A stretch of 64,000 nt of DNA from an uncultured Pelagibacteraceae bacterium (lineage in GTDB: Bacteria; Pseudomonadota; Alphaproteobacteria; Pelagibacterales; Pelagibacteraceae): assembly GCA_902557235.1 (NCBI GenBank), contig CACDZR010000004.1:12526-76525 (forward strand), given 5' to 3'. Within the stretch, counting starts at the first letter, position 1; the number at the start of each line of letters is the position of its first letter. The position numbers and the translations under genes were made by a program. Under the pieces are notes generated by a model. The model saw nothing but the letters and a program-made list of their open reading frames with translations, made no database searches and was not told where the DNA came from. Positions 45,151 through 54,803 of the stretch are shown here, in pieces.

Positions 45151-46403
45151 TAGTGTGCAACAGCAGCTGCACCATGTTCATCAACTAGATCACCACTTAC
45201 AAATCTATTTATATTAAAGGCAGCGTTTAATTTATGCGGTTCGTCGTTTGCAATTGTGTGAGCAAATAAATCCCCTGAACCAGGTGTTGCTTTAAAACCT
45301 CCTGTTCCCCAACCACAATTAAAGTACAAACCTTTAATTGAGGTTTTACTTATAATTGGACTTGCATCGGGACATATATCAACTATTCCACCCCACTGAC
45401 GAAGCATTCTCATTCTACTAAATATTGGATATAGCTCTAAGATTGCATTTAAAGTCCCCTCCACAATATCATGACTTCCTTTTTGAGAGTAAGACACATA
45501 ATCATCAGTTCCAGCTCCAATAACTAATTCTCCTTTATCAGATTGGCTTACGTATGCATGAACAGCATTAGACATTACAACTGTATCTATTATTGGTTTT
45601 ACTGGTTCAGACACTAAAGCTTGAAGTGGTTTACTTTCTAGTGGTAATTTCAATCCAGCCATATTGGCTATAACACTAGAATGACCAGCAGCTACAACTC
45701 CAATTTTTTTTGTTTTAATAAATCCTTTAGTTGTTTCAATTCCTTCAACCGTATCACCATTTCTTTTTATTCCTTTTACCTCACAATTTTGAATTATATC
45801 CACACCCATTTCATCTGCACCTCTTGCATATCCCCAAGCAACAGCATCATGTCTAGCTGTACCAGCTCTTCTTTGAAGAGTTCCACCTAAAACAGGATAG
45901 CGTATATCCTGCGAGGTATTAATAATTGGACAAAATTTTTTAACTTCCTCGGTATTTAAATAAACTGCATCAATGCCATTCAATCTATTTGCGTGAGTTC
46001 TTCTCTTTAAATCCCTTACATCTTGTAAATTATGTGCAAGATTCATAACTCCTCTTTGACTAAACATAACATTATAATTTAGTTCTTGAGATAAACCTTC
46101 CCAAATTTTTAGAGCATGGTCATATAGACCTGCGCTTGCATCCCATAAATAATTAGATCTAATTATTGTAGTATTTCGACCAGTATTTCCTCCTCCTATC
46201 CAACCTTTCTCAACAACAGCAATATTCTTCATATTGTGTTTTTTTGCTAGATAATAGGCAGTTGCAAGGCCATGTCCTCCACCACCAACTATTACAGCAT
46301 CATATTCTTTTTTAGGTTCAGGATCTTTCCAAGCTTTCTCCCAATTTTCATGATAAGAAAAAGCGTTTTTAATAAGTGAAAATATTGAATACTTATTTTT
46401 CAT
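45150..46403 (-). CDS. soxB: Sarcosine oxidase-like subunit beta
   Basis: [40 protein letters not shown] and [12 protein letters not shown] motifs. Confidence 0.96.
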   Translation of the reverse strand: MKNKYSIFSLIKNAFSYHENWEKAWKDPEPKKEYDAVIVGGGGHGLATAYYLAKKHNMKNIAVVEKGWIGGGNTGRNTTIIRSNYLWDASAGLYDHALKIWEGLSQELNYNVMFSQRGVMNLAHNLQDVRDLKRRTHANRLNGIDAVYLNTEEVKKFCPIINTSQDIRYPVLGGTLQRRAGTARHDAVAWGYARGADEMGVDIIQNCEVKGIKRNGDTVEGIETTKGFIKTKKIGVVAAGHSSVIANMAGLKLPLESKPLQALVSEPVKPIIDTVVMSNAVHAYVSQSDKGELVIGAGTDDYVSYSQKGSHDIVEGTLNAILELYPIFSRMRMLRQWGGIVDICPDASPIISKTSIKGLYFNCGWGTGGFKATPGSGDLFAHTIANDEPHKLNAAFNINRFVSGDLVDEHGAAAVAH

Positions 46404-46467
46404 AATTATTGAATAATTACTTTATAAATATTGATTATTCAATACAATCAGAAGTGACAAATTTATT

Positions 46468-46559
46468 GGAAGAGTGGGTGAGAGGCTGAAACCAGTCGTT
46501 TGCTAAATGACCGTGCGAGGAAACTTGTACCGAGGGTTCGAATCCCTCCTCTTCCGCCA
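46468..46559 (+). tRNA. tRNA-Ser (anticodon GCT), long variable arm, CCA encoded
   Basis: Acceptor stem GGAAGAG/CTCTTCC-G-CCA; anticodon arm GTCGT-TT-GCT-AA-ATGAC; T arm GAGGG-TTCGAAT-CCCTC. Confidence 0.97.
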
Positions 46560-46562
46560 TTA

Positions 46563-48782
46563 TTAGTACAAAGGATCATCCTTAAAGAAGTTTATCATTG
46601 AAACTGGCTTTTGAGCTAAAATATATCGATAGACATTATAGTTTTCCAGAACTCTTTGCACATAATTTCTTGTTTCTTTAAATTTGATTAATTCAATCCA
46701 ATTTACATAATCAATTTGGTTCTTTTGCGGATTTTTATTTATTTTTTTCCAATATTTAACTCTTTTAGGTCCAGCATTATAAGCCGCTATCGCAAAAGGA
46801 TAAGCACCGTCATATTCCAGAATTAGACCAGCTATATAGTGAGAACCTAAATTAATATTATATTCTGCATCTTTCGTTAATCTTGATTTTGAATAAGGAA
46901 GTTTAGCTTGCTTAGCAACTACTTTTGCAGTGTAAGGCATGAGCTGCATTAATCCTTTTGCTCCTGCATGACTGTTAGCACTTAAATCAAATTCACTTTC
47001 TTGTCTTATTATTGATAATATAAATGCAGTATCAGGAATTTTTCTACCATTTATATAATTTGGTGTACTTATAATTGGATAATTATATTTGTTATGAAAT
47101 CTTTTTTCATATGATGCAATTTTGGCTATTTGAATGGCAAAATCAAATCTATCAATACTTGTTGCTAACTCTGCTGCCAAAACTTCGCTACCATTATTTA
47201 TGTTGTCATTAGCCAAATGTCTTAAAATATGTTTTGAATATTTATCCTCATTGAGTTCATCAAGAAGATAAATCGTTTTAACTAATTCTTTTTTAAAGAA
47301 GTAGTCTCTATATTCTTTTGAAACTTCAATATCTTTAGATAATTCAAAAGGTTGATTGGGGTTTAACTCCATAAATGCTAATTGACCGTAATATGTAGTT
47401 AGAAAACTAGATGCTTTACCAAACCATTCATTTGCTAATTCTTTTTTACCAAGTTTCTGATAAGTTTTAGCTAACCAATATGCTCCTCTAGATGTACTTA
47501 TTGGATAACCAACATTGTTGTAAAAATTTTCAAAATGATCTTTTGCTAACAAAGGATCATCTAAAAAACTTAATGCTATCCATCCACTCATCCATTCTGC
47601 AGCAGCATACTCAGGTCCATCAGTCAAAGCGTGATTACTCGCAATTTTATATGCTAATTCATATTTCTTTTTATAAATTAATGATCTTGAAATAATTTCT
47701 CTTTCAAACCACCACTTATCTGGTCTTACCAAATAATCTTTAGTATTTTTTATTTTTACTAAGATTTCGACAGAGCTATCAACTCTTCCTCTTTTTCTTC
47801 TCCATTTTAATCTATCGTAATTTAAACCTGCATCATTTTTAAATTTTGTTGGAACTTTAGAAATAGCATTGTCTACTCCATAAGATTTACTCATTAACAA
47901 TTGTCTAGCCGTATAAAGTAATTCATAATCTTTAGGTAAATATCTTAATAATCTTTTTAAATCCCAGTATTTATTGTTCCAAGCTAAGTAATCTGCTCTT
48001 TTAATATAATCATCAGCATTGAGATACTTTTTAAATTTTTTTCTATAAAACCTTAATTCAGATTTACTCAGTTCTGCTGTAATCCAGCCTTCTTTAATAT
48101 AAGATATACCTTTTTGTGTGTTGCCGTTGAGAATTATACTTTCTCCAAGTATCATTTTCCCAAAACCACTTAAAGGTTCATCGGCACCAAACCAATCGAT
48201 AATTTTTTTAGGTGAGATAGTGTCTGTAGAAAGCTTATGTTCTGCTAAATATTTTATTCTTCCTAATCGTGGATAATCTTCGTTAGAGTCAATAAAAGTT
48301 TTGTAATCATAATATGAGGCTTTATTTCCTTTGGTGAGCAGGTGTCTCCATTGTATGAAATTATAAATTGATTTATCTTTAGCTCTTTTTGCAGTTTTCA
48401 ATGCTGTAGGCCATTTTGATTGTTTCATTTCTTGAATAGCCTTTTTCGCAATTTCAAAATCTTTTTTATTATAATATTTGGATTTCTTTGCTGTATCAGT
48501 TTTTTTTGCTCCAGCGATTAAAGGTTTCTTTTTAGGTAAAATAATACCTAAATCTTTTTCAGCTTTTAATTTAATTTCCTTTTCAGGATTTTTTTCAATT
48601 TCCTCTACTATTTTTTTAGGAATTGGTTTTGGCAGAGGTTTCATTACATCAATTAATAATTTTTGATCTTTTTGCTCTTTAGTCTGGATTGGTTTTTTTA
48701 GGGGTATTATTTCCGCAAATGATAAAATGGTAATACTAGAGAAGAAAAATAAATTGATAAAAAATATTAATTTTTTTAGCAT
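46563..48782 (-). CDS. slt: Soluble lytic murein transglycosylase (Slt-like)
   Basis: Signal peptide and helical N-terminal region; IIRQESEF, GAKGLMQLMP, AAYNAG and ETRNYV motifs. Confidence 0.93.
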   Translation of the reverse strand: MLKKLIFFINLFFFSSITILSFAEIIPLKKPIQTKEQKDQKLLIDVMKPLPKPIPKKIVEEIEKNPEKEIKLKAEKDLGIILPKKKPLIAGAKKTDTAKKSKYYNKKDFEIAKKAIQEMKQSKWPTALKTAKRAKDKSIYNFIQWRHLLTKGNKASYYDYKTFIDSNEDYPRLGRIKYLAEHKLSTDTISPKKIIDWFGADEPLSGFGKMILGESIILNGNTQKGISYIKEGWITAELSKSELRFYRKKFKKYLNADDYIKRADYLAWNNKYWDLKRLLRYLPKDYELLYTARQLLMSKSYGVDNAISKVPTKFKNDAGLNYDRLKWRRKRGRVDSSVEILVKIKNTKDYLVRPDKWWFEREIISRSLIYKKKYELAYKIASNHALTDGPEYAAAEWMSGWIALSFLDDPLLAKDHFENFYNNVGYPISTSRGAYWLAKTYQKLGKKELANEWFGKASSFLTTYYGQLAFMELNPNQPFELSKDIEVSKEYRDYFFKKELVKTIYLLDELNEDKYSKHILRHLANDNINNGSEVLAAELATSIDRFDFAIQIAKIASYEKRFHNKYNYPIISTPNYINGRKIPDTAFILSIIRQESEFDLSANSHAGAKGLMQLMPYTAKVVAKQAKLPYSKSRLTKDAEYNINLGSHYIAGLILEYDGAYPFAIAAYNAGPKRVKYWKKINKNPQKNQIDYVNWIELIKFKETRNYVQRVLENYNVYRYILAQKPVSMINFFKDDPLY

Positions 48783-48825
48783 AATCTTTTAGTATATGAA
48801 TCTACAAACTATGTTATAAGTATTT

Positions 48826-49707
48826 ATGTTCAAAGGATCAAATGTTGCTTTAGTCACTCCATTTAAAAATGATAAACTTGATGATGAAACTTACATTAAG
48901 TTAATCCATTTTCATATTGAAAATGGGACAAATGGTTTAGTACCCGCTGGAACAACTGGTGAGTCCCCAACTTTAAGCCATGATGAGCATGAAAGAGTAA
49001 TTGATTTATGTGTAAAGGAAAGTAACGGAAAATTGCCTGTATTTGCTGGCACAGGTTCAAACTCTACTGAGGAAGCAATTTCACTGACAACTCATGCTGA
49101 AAAAATGGGAGCAGATGGAGCTTTAATCGTCACACCATATTATAACAAACCTACCCAAGAGGGACTTTATCAACATTATAAAGCTATAAATGATAAATGT
49201 GGAATTCCAATTATCATTTACAACATTCCTGGAAGATCAGTAATCGACATGTCAGTTGAAACAATGGCAAGATTATTTGAATTAAAAAATATTATTGGTG
49301 TCAAGGATGCAACAGGGGATTTAACTAGAGTAGATAAAACATTAAAAAAATTAGGCAAAGAGTTTATACAATTAACAGGCAATGATGATAATGCGCTAGA
49401 GTTTAATAAAAAAGGTGGAGTAGGTGCTATAAGTGTAACAGCTAACATTGCTCCAAAACTTTGTTCAGACTTTCAAAGATTTTCAAAGTCTAATAATGAT
49501 AATCAAATTAAAGAGGCTGAGAGATTAAATGAAATATTACAGCCTGTTCATCATGCGATGTTTGTTGAAAGTAATCCAAGTCCAGTTAAGTATGCTGCAA
49601 AATTATTAAATTTATGTGATGACAATGTTAGATTACCATTGGTAAAAGTAACAGACACCACTAAAGAGATTGTAGAGAAGGCTCTTCATACTGCTAAATT
49701 AATTTAA
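48826..49707 (+). CDS. dapA: 4-hydroxy-tetrahydrodipicolinate synthase
   Basis: [27 protein letters not shown] and NPSPVK motifs. Confidence 0.98.
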   Translation: MFKGSNVALVTPFKNDKLDDETYIKLIHFHIENGTNGLVPAGTTGESPTLSHDEHERVIDLCVKESNGKLPVFAGTGSNSTEEAISLTTHAEKMGADGALIVTPYYNKPTQEGLYQHYKAINDKCGIPIIIYNIPGRSVIDMSVETMARLFELKNIIGVKDATGDLTRVDKTLKKLGKEFIQLTGNDDNALEFNKKGGVGAISVTANIAPKLCSDFQRFSKSNNDNQIKEAERLNEILQPVHHAMFVESNPSPVKYAAKLLNLCDDNVRLPLVKVTDTTKEIVEKALHTAKLI

Positions 49708-50177
49708 TGAACAAAAAAACCAATTCTGGTTTAAAAATAATATGTTTAAATAGAAAGGCTAGTTTTAATTATTTTTTTGAGGATTTATTAGAAGCTGGAA
49801 TTGTTCTTAAAGGTTCTGAGATTAAATCAATTAGAGAAGGAAAAGTTAATATTGCAGATTCATATGCTGTTGAAAAAGGTGGAGAGTTGTTTTTAATTAA
49901 TTCCCATATATCATCTTATAAACAAGCCAGTTATTCTAACCACAATCCTACAGATGAAAGAAAATTACTTTTAAACAAACGTGAAATTAATAAGTTAATA
50001 GGAAAAATGCAAAAAGATGGTCTAACCATTGTTCCTACTAGGATGTATTTTAAAAAAGGAAAAGCAAAAATTGAACTTGCTGTAGCGAAAGGAAAAAAAC
50101 TACATGATAAAAGGGCAAGTAAAAAAGATAGGGATTGGAATCGTGATAAATCAAGATATTTTAGAAAATCAAGCTAA
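49707..50177 (+). CDS. smpB: SsrA-binding protein
   Basis: [24 protein letters not shown] and KGKKLHDKR motifs. Confidence 0.98.
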   Translation: MNKKTNSGLKIICLNRKASFNYFFEDLLEAGIVLKGSEIKSIREGKVNIADSYAVEKGGELFLINSHISSYKQASYSNHNPTDERKLLLNKREINKLIGKMQKDGLTIVPTRMYFKKGKAKIELAVAKGKKLHDKRASKKDRDWNRDKSRYFRKSS

Positions 50178-50655
50178 TCGTATCTATTTAGGTATAGGTT
50201 CAAATTTAGGAAACAGAAGAAATAAAATTGAACAAGCTAAATATGAATTATCATTAAGAAATATTAGACTTATAAAATCATCTAATTTTTACGAGAGTTT
50301 ATCATGGCCAGATGAAAGTAAACCTAAATACTTAAATATAGTCTTGGAAGTTATTTCTGATTTAAAACCTCTAGAATTGCTTAAAGTATCCAAGGATATT
50401 GAAATAAGTCTTGGTCGCAAAAAAAGGTATAAAAATGCTCCTCGTGAATGTGATATAGACATAATTGATTATAAAAGCAAAAAAATCACTCAAAAAATCA
50501 ATTTACCTCATCCAAGAATGCATAGTAGAAATTTTGTCCTTTTTCCATTATTTGAATTAAATAAAAATTGGAAACACCCAATTTCTAAAGATCATATTAA
50601 AAAGCTTATAATATCATTACCAAATAGAGACATAAGATCTATTAAACAAATCTGA
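50143..50655 (+). CDS. folK: 2-amino-4-hydroxy-6-hydroxymethyldihydropteridine diphosphokinase
   Basis: [18 protein letters not shown] and [13 protein letters not shown]; start uncertain (GTG 50143 chosen, ATG 50104 possible). Confidence 0.93.
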   Translation: MINQDILENQANRIYLGIGSNLGNRRNKIEQAKYELSLRNIRLIKSSNFYESLSWPDESKPKYLNIVLEVISDLKPLELLKVSKDIEISLGRKKRYKNAPRECDIDIIDYKSKKITQKINLPHPRMHSRNFVLFPLFELNKNWKHPISKDHIKKLIISLPNRDIRSIKQI

Positions 50656-50660
50656 ATTAA

Positions 50661-50669
50661 TGATATAAT
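50661..50669 (+). promoter_or_regulatory. Extended -10 promoter candidate for rsh
   Basis: Perfect TGnTATAAT, 7 nt upstream of the ATG at 50677. Confidence 0.5.
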
Positions 50670-50676
50670 AAAGTGT

Positions 50677-52422
50677 ATGCTTAATTCAGATGATTTAATA
50701 AATAAAGTAAAGGGTTATAATAAGTTTTTAAATCCAGATAGATTAAATAAGGCTTATGATTTTGCTGTAAAAGCTCATAGTAATCAAAAAAGAGCCTCAG
50801 GTGATCCATATTCTGTTCATCCAATTGAGGTGGCTAACATATTAACTGATTTAAAATTAGATAGTGCAACCATTACTACAGGTTTATTACATGACACTAT
50901 AGAGGATACATATGCAACTTATGAAACTATTAAAGGTGAGTTTGGAGATGAAGTTGCAGATTTAGTTGATGGAGTTACCAAAATATCTGCACTTGAAAAT
51001 AATGCATCATCTAATTCTAAAGCAGAAAATTTTAGAAAATTAATTTTAGCAACTTCAAAAGATATAAGAGTTTTATTAGTTAAAATAGCTGATCGATTAC
51101 ATAACATGAGAACTATAAAAGCGATTTCAAAAGAAGAAAAAAGAAAAAGAATTTCTCAAGAAACCATGGAAATTTATGCTCCATTAGCAGACAGGATGGG
51201 TATGCATAGAATTAGGGATGAACTAGAAGATCTTTCTTTTGAAATTTTAAATAACGATGCAAGATTATTAATTCAAAAAAGACTTGATGAAATAAAATTT
51301 GATAAAAAAGATATTTTTGAGTCATTGTCATCTGAAATAAGTAAATTACTAAACCAAAATAAAATTTCTTCTAAAATTTATGGAAGAGAAAAAACACCTT
51401 TTTCAATTTGGAGAAAAGTTCAAAAAAAAAGAGTTTCTTTAGAACAAATCACAGACATAATTGGTTTTAGAATTATTTTAAATAACGTTGATGATTGTTA
51501 TAAAACATTAGGTATAATTCACAAAGAGTACAATTGTATACCTGGAAAATTTAAAGATTATATATCCTCAGCAAAAATAAATGGTTATAAATCAATTCAT
51601 ACAGCTGTTATTGGATCTAATAGAAAACCAATAGAAATTCAAATCAGAACTAAAGAAATGCACGATTTCGCTGAAAGAGGTATTGCATCTCACTGGCAAT
51701 ACAAGTCATCAGAGAAATTCAATTCACTTACTTGGAAAGAGTATGATTGGTTGAAAGACTTAGTTGAAATTATAGAAAAAAATGAGAATCCTGAACATTC
51801 ATATGAATATACAAAACTTCAAATGTTTCAGGAAAATGTATTTTGCTTTACTCCTAAAGGTTCTGTAATTAAATTACCAAAAGATGCCACTGCAATTGAT
51901 TTCGCGTATGCCGTTCATACAAAAATTGGTGATACAGCCATTGGATGTGAAATTAATGGAAATAAAAGTGAACTTCAGTCAATTTTAAGAAATGGTGATA
52001 GAATAAAAATAATTACATCAAAAAAACAGTCACCATCGTTACACTGGATTCCAACAACTAAAACTGGAAAAGCCAGAGCTGCTATCAGAAGATACTGGCA
52101 CGACAGAGGTGAACAGAAGCAGGAAAAAATAAAAAAATACAATACTACTTTGTGGATTTCATTACCTGATAAACCTGGTCAATTAGGAAATGTAAGTTCA
52201 TTAATCGGTGAACACAAATTAAATATTTCTAATTTAGTAATGGCAGGAAAAAAACCTGATTATATCAATTTCAAATTTCAACTGATAATAAGAGATTTGA
52301 AAAATTTTACTAATTTTATTGCAGAGCTTAAACAAAAAGGTATAAAATTTAAGATAATTAGACACGAAGATAAAAGAAATGCTTTCACACAAAAAATCCT
52401 TAGATATTTTAAGAAAGACTAA
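50677..52422 (+). CDS. spoT: Bifunctional (p)ppGpp synthetase/hydrolase (long RSH, compact)
   Basis: HD domain (HPIEVA, LHDTIED, KIADRLHNMRT), synthetase (KFKDY, GYKSIHT, EIQIRT), TGS (DFAYAVHT) and C-terminal ACT-like domain. Confidence 0.95.
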   Translation: MLNSDDLINKVKGYNKFLNPDRLNKAYDFAVKAHSNQKRASGDPYSVHPIEVANILTDLKLDSATITTGLLHDTIEDTYATYETIKGEFGDEVADLVDGVTKISALENNASSNSKAENFRKLILATSKDIRVLLVKIADRLHNMRTIKAISKEEKRKRISQETMEIYAPLADRMGMHRIRDELEDLSFEILNNDARLLIQKRLDEIKFDKKDIFESLSSEISKLLNQNKISSKIYGREKTPFSIWRKVQKKRVSLEQITDIIGFRIILNNVDDCYKTLGIIHKEYNCIPGKFKDYISSAKINGYKSIHTAVIGSNRKPIEIQIRTKEMHDFAERGIASHWQYKSSEKFNSLTWKEYDWLKDLVEIIEKNENPEHSYEYTKLQMFQENVFCFTPKGSVIKLPKDATAIDFAYAVHTKIGDTAIGCEINGNKSELQSILRNGDRIKIITSKKQSPSLHWIPTTKTGKARAAIRRYWHDRGEQKQEKIKKYNTTLWISLPDKPGQLGNVSSLIGEHKLNISNLVMAGKKPDYINFKFQLIIRDLKNFTNFIAELKQKGIKFKIIRHEDKRNAFTQKILRYFKKD

Positions 52423-52966
52423 TGCACTATTAGAAGGACACTTCATTTTATCCTCTGGATTACATTCTTCAAAATATATTCAATGTGCTAAACTTTTAAG
52501 CTATCCTTCAAAAGCCGAAAAGATATGTAAATCATTAGCTTCTAAAATTAAAAAAAATTACAAAAAATTTGATCTTATTTTAGCCCCAGCCATTGGGGGT
52601 ATTGTGATAGGTTATGAAATTGGTAGGATTTTAAAAAAAGAAACAATTTTTTGTGAGAGAGTTAAAGGAAAATTTACATTAAGAAGAGGTTTTAAAATAA
52701 AAAAAGGTTCAAAAGTTATTATAATTGAGGATGTAATAACAACCGGAAAATCCAGTATGGAATGCGTAAAATTGATAAAAAAGTCTAAAGCAACAATTGT
52801 GGGTTTCGCCTCAATTATAGATAGATCCACAAAAAAAACATTAAAAATAAAAAAAAAAATAATATCACATCTCAAAATAAAGGTACCAACTTACAAAGCA
52901 AACAAAATACCAAAAGAATTAGACGCAATTCCCATTTCAACACCAGGAAGCAGATTTATTAAGTGA
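52379..52966 (+). CDS. pyrE: Orotate phosphoribosyltransferase
   Basis: GHFILSSGLHS and IIEDVITTG PRPP-binding motif. Confidence 0.95.
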   Translation: MLSHKKSLDILRKTNALLEGHFILSSGLHSSKYIQCAKLLSYPSKAEKICKSLASKIKKNYKKFDLILAPAIGGIVIGYEIGRILKKETIFCERVKGKFTLRRGFKIKKGSKVIIIEDVITTGKSSMECVKLIKKSKATIVGFASIIDRSTKKTLKIKKKIISHLKIKVPTYKANKIPKELDAIPISTPGSRFIK

Positions 52967-53682
52967 AACGATTAGGTGTAAATATTGATCATGTTGCGAC
53001 AGTTCGAAATGCTAGAGGTGAAATTCATCCTGACCCATATAAAGCTGCTTTATTTGTTAAAAAAAAAGGTGCCGACTCAATCACTATACACCTTCGAGAA
53101 GACAGGAGACACATAAGAGATTTGGACGCAAAAAAAATTTGTTCAATAAAAAAATTATTAGTAAATTTAGAAATTTCAACAAATAGTAATATTGTTAAGA
53201 ATGCTTTGAGAATAAAACCAAAATTTATTTGTATTGTACCTGAAAATAGAAATGAAATAACTACTGAAGGTGGTTTAGATTTAAATAAGAATAAAAATAA
53301 GATTAAAAAGATAATATCACAATTTAAAAAAAAAAAGATTAGAACAAGTTTATTTGTAAACCCAAATATGAAAGATATTTATTTGTCTAAAGAAATAGGT
53401 GCAGATTGTATTGAAATACATACAGGACATTTTTCCAATCTGATAAAATCAAAAAAATCTTTCATTAAAGAATTTTTAAAGATTAAGAAATGTGCAATAT
53501 TAGCATCAAAAATTGGGGTGGAGGTACATGCTGGACATGGCCTGGATTTCAAATCTACTAAGATACTAACCAAGATAAATGAAATAGTAGAATTTAATAT
53601 TGGGCATTTTATTATTGGTGAGTCTATTTTTTATGGTTTACCATTTGTCATAAAAAAGTTTAAAAGAATTATCAAAAATTAG
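52963..53682 (+). CDS. pdxJ: Pyridoxine 5'-phosphate synthase
   Basis: LGVNIDHVAT, HLREDRRHI, TTEGGL, HAGHGL and NIGH motifs. Confidence 0.98.
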   Translation: MKRLGVNIDHVATVRNARGEIHPDPYKAALFVKKKGADSITIHLREDRRHIRDLDAKKICSIKKLLVNLEISTNSNIVKNALRIKPKFICIVPENRNEITTEGGLDLNKNKNKIKKIISQFKKKKIRTSLFVNPNMKDIYLSKEIGADCIEIHTGHFSNLIKSKKSFIKEFLKIKKCAILASKIGVEVHAGHGLDFKSTKILTKINEIVEFNIGHFIIGESIFYGLPFVIKKFKRIIKN

Positions 53683-53683
53683 A

Positions 53684-54076
53684 ATGAAAATTTTAGGTAT
53701 CGGTGTAGATATTGTTGAAAATAAAAGACTAAAAAAATCTATTAAAAATAAAAGTTTTATCTCAAGATTATTCACTTTGCTTGAAATAAAAAACTCAAAG
53801 TCGGTAAAAGATAAATCTATCTATTTTTCAAAAAAATTTGCAGCAAAAGAATCATTCTCTAAAGCACTTGGCACTGGTTTCAGAAAAGGTTTAAATTTTA
53901 AAGATGTTGAAATCTTAAATGACAATTTAGGTAAACCATATTTTAGATTAAATAACAAAACTAAAAAGATTATATTGAAAACATTAAAAGTGAAAAATTT
54001 TGATATATTTCTTTCAATATCTGATGAAAAAGAATATTCAATTGCATTTACCATAATTCAGGCAAAAAATGTTTAA
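53684..54076 (+). CDS. acpS: Holo-ACP synthase
   Basis: GIGVDIV, FAAKESFSKALGTG, GKP and LSISD motifs. Confidence 0.96.
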   Translation: MKILGIGVDIVENKRLKKSIKNKSFISRLFTLLEIKNSKSVKDKSIYFSKKFAAKESFSKALGTGFRKGLNFKDVEILNDNLGKPYFRLNNKTKKIILKTLKVKNFDIFLSISDEKEYSIAFTIIQAKNV

Positions 54077-54803
54077 TAAAAAATTTTTTATAGAAAACTT
54101 TAAGACACTTTTTTATGCTTTGATAATAGCTATAATAATTAGGTCTTTAATTATTCAACCATTTTATATTCCATCTTCATCCATGGAACCTGGTTTGTTA
54201 GTTGGAGACAGACTCTTTGTTACCAAGTATTCATATGGGTACAGCAAACACTCTTTTCCATTTAGTCCTCCTATTTTTGAGAATAGAATTTTTTCAAGCA
54301 AGCCAAGTAGGGGTGATGTAATAGTTTTCAAAACACCAGCAGATAATAGAACTGATTATATTAAAAGGCTTATTGGTCTTCCAGGAGATAGAATTCAGTT
54401 TATAGACTCAAATTTATTTTTAAATAATAGTGAAATCTTAAGATCTAAAATTTCAGAAGAAGATACTATTTATTGTGGAAATAAAACTATTAATGTTTTT
54501 ACATTTGAGGAAAAATTGCCTGATGGAAAAATATATAAAACTGTCTATCTCAAAAATTTTACTTTTAAGAATTCAGATGTTTTTATTGTTCCAGATAATC
54601 ACTACTTTTTTTTAGGTGACAATAGAGATTGCTCGAAAGACAGTAGATATTTAACCAGCGTAGGTTATGTTCATGAAAATAATCTAGTTGGCAAAGCACG
54701 ATTTATTTTTTTCTCATCTGATAGATCAATTGGAAGTGTTTTAGCTTTTTGGAAATGGAATAAATCTATTCGATTTGACAGATTTTTTAAGAAAATTATT
54801 TAA
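54069..54803 (+). CDS. lepB: Signal peptidase I
   Basis: IPSSSMEP, YIKRLIGLPGD and GDNRDCSKDSR motifs. Confidence 0.97.
   Translation: MFNKKFFIENFKTLFYALIIAIIIRSLIIQPFYIPSSSMEPGLLVGDRLFVTKYSYGYSKHSFPFSPPIFENRIFSSKPSRGDVIVFKTPADNRTDYIKRLIGLPGDRIQFIDSNLFLNNSEILRSKISEEDTIYCGNKTINVFTFEEKLPDGKIYKTVYLKNFTFKNSDVFIVPDNHYFFLGDNRDCSKDSRYLTSVGYVHENNLVGKARFIFFSSDRSIGSVLAFWKWNKSIRFDRFFKKII

Noticed and set aside
46468-46562. tRNA-Ser as an integration site or island boundary for the sox block
   Set aside because: No integrase, no duplicated tRNA 3' end seen and no evident compositional shift; the tRNA 3' end abuts slt.
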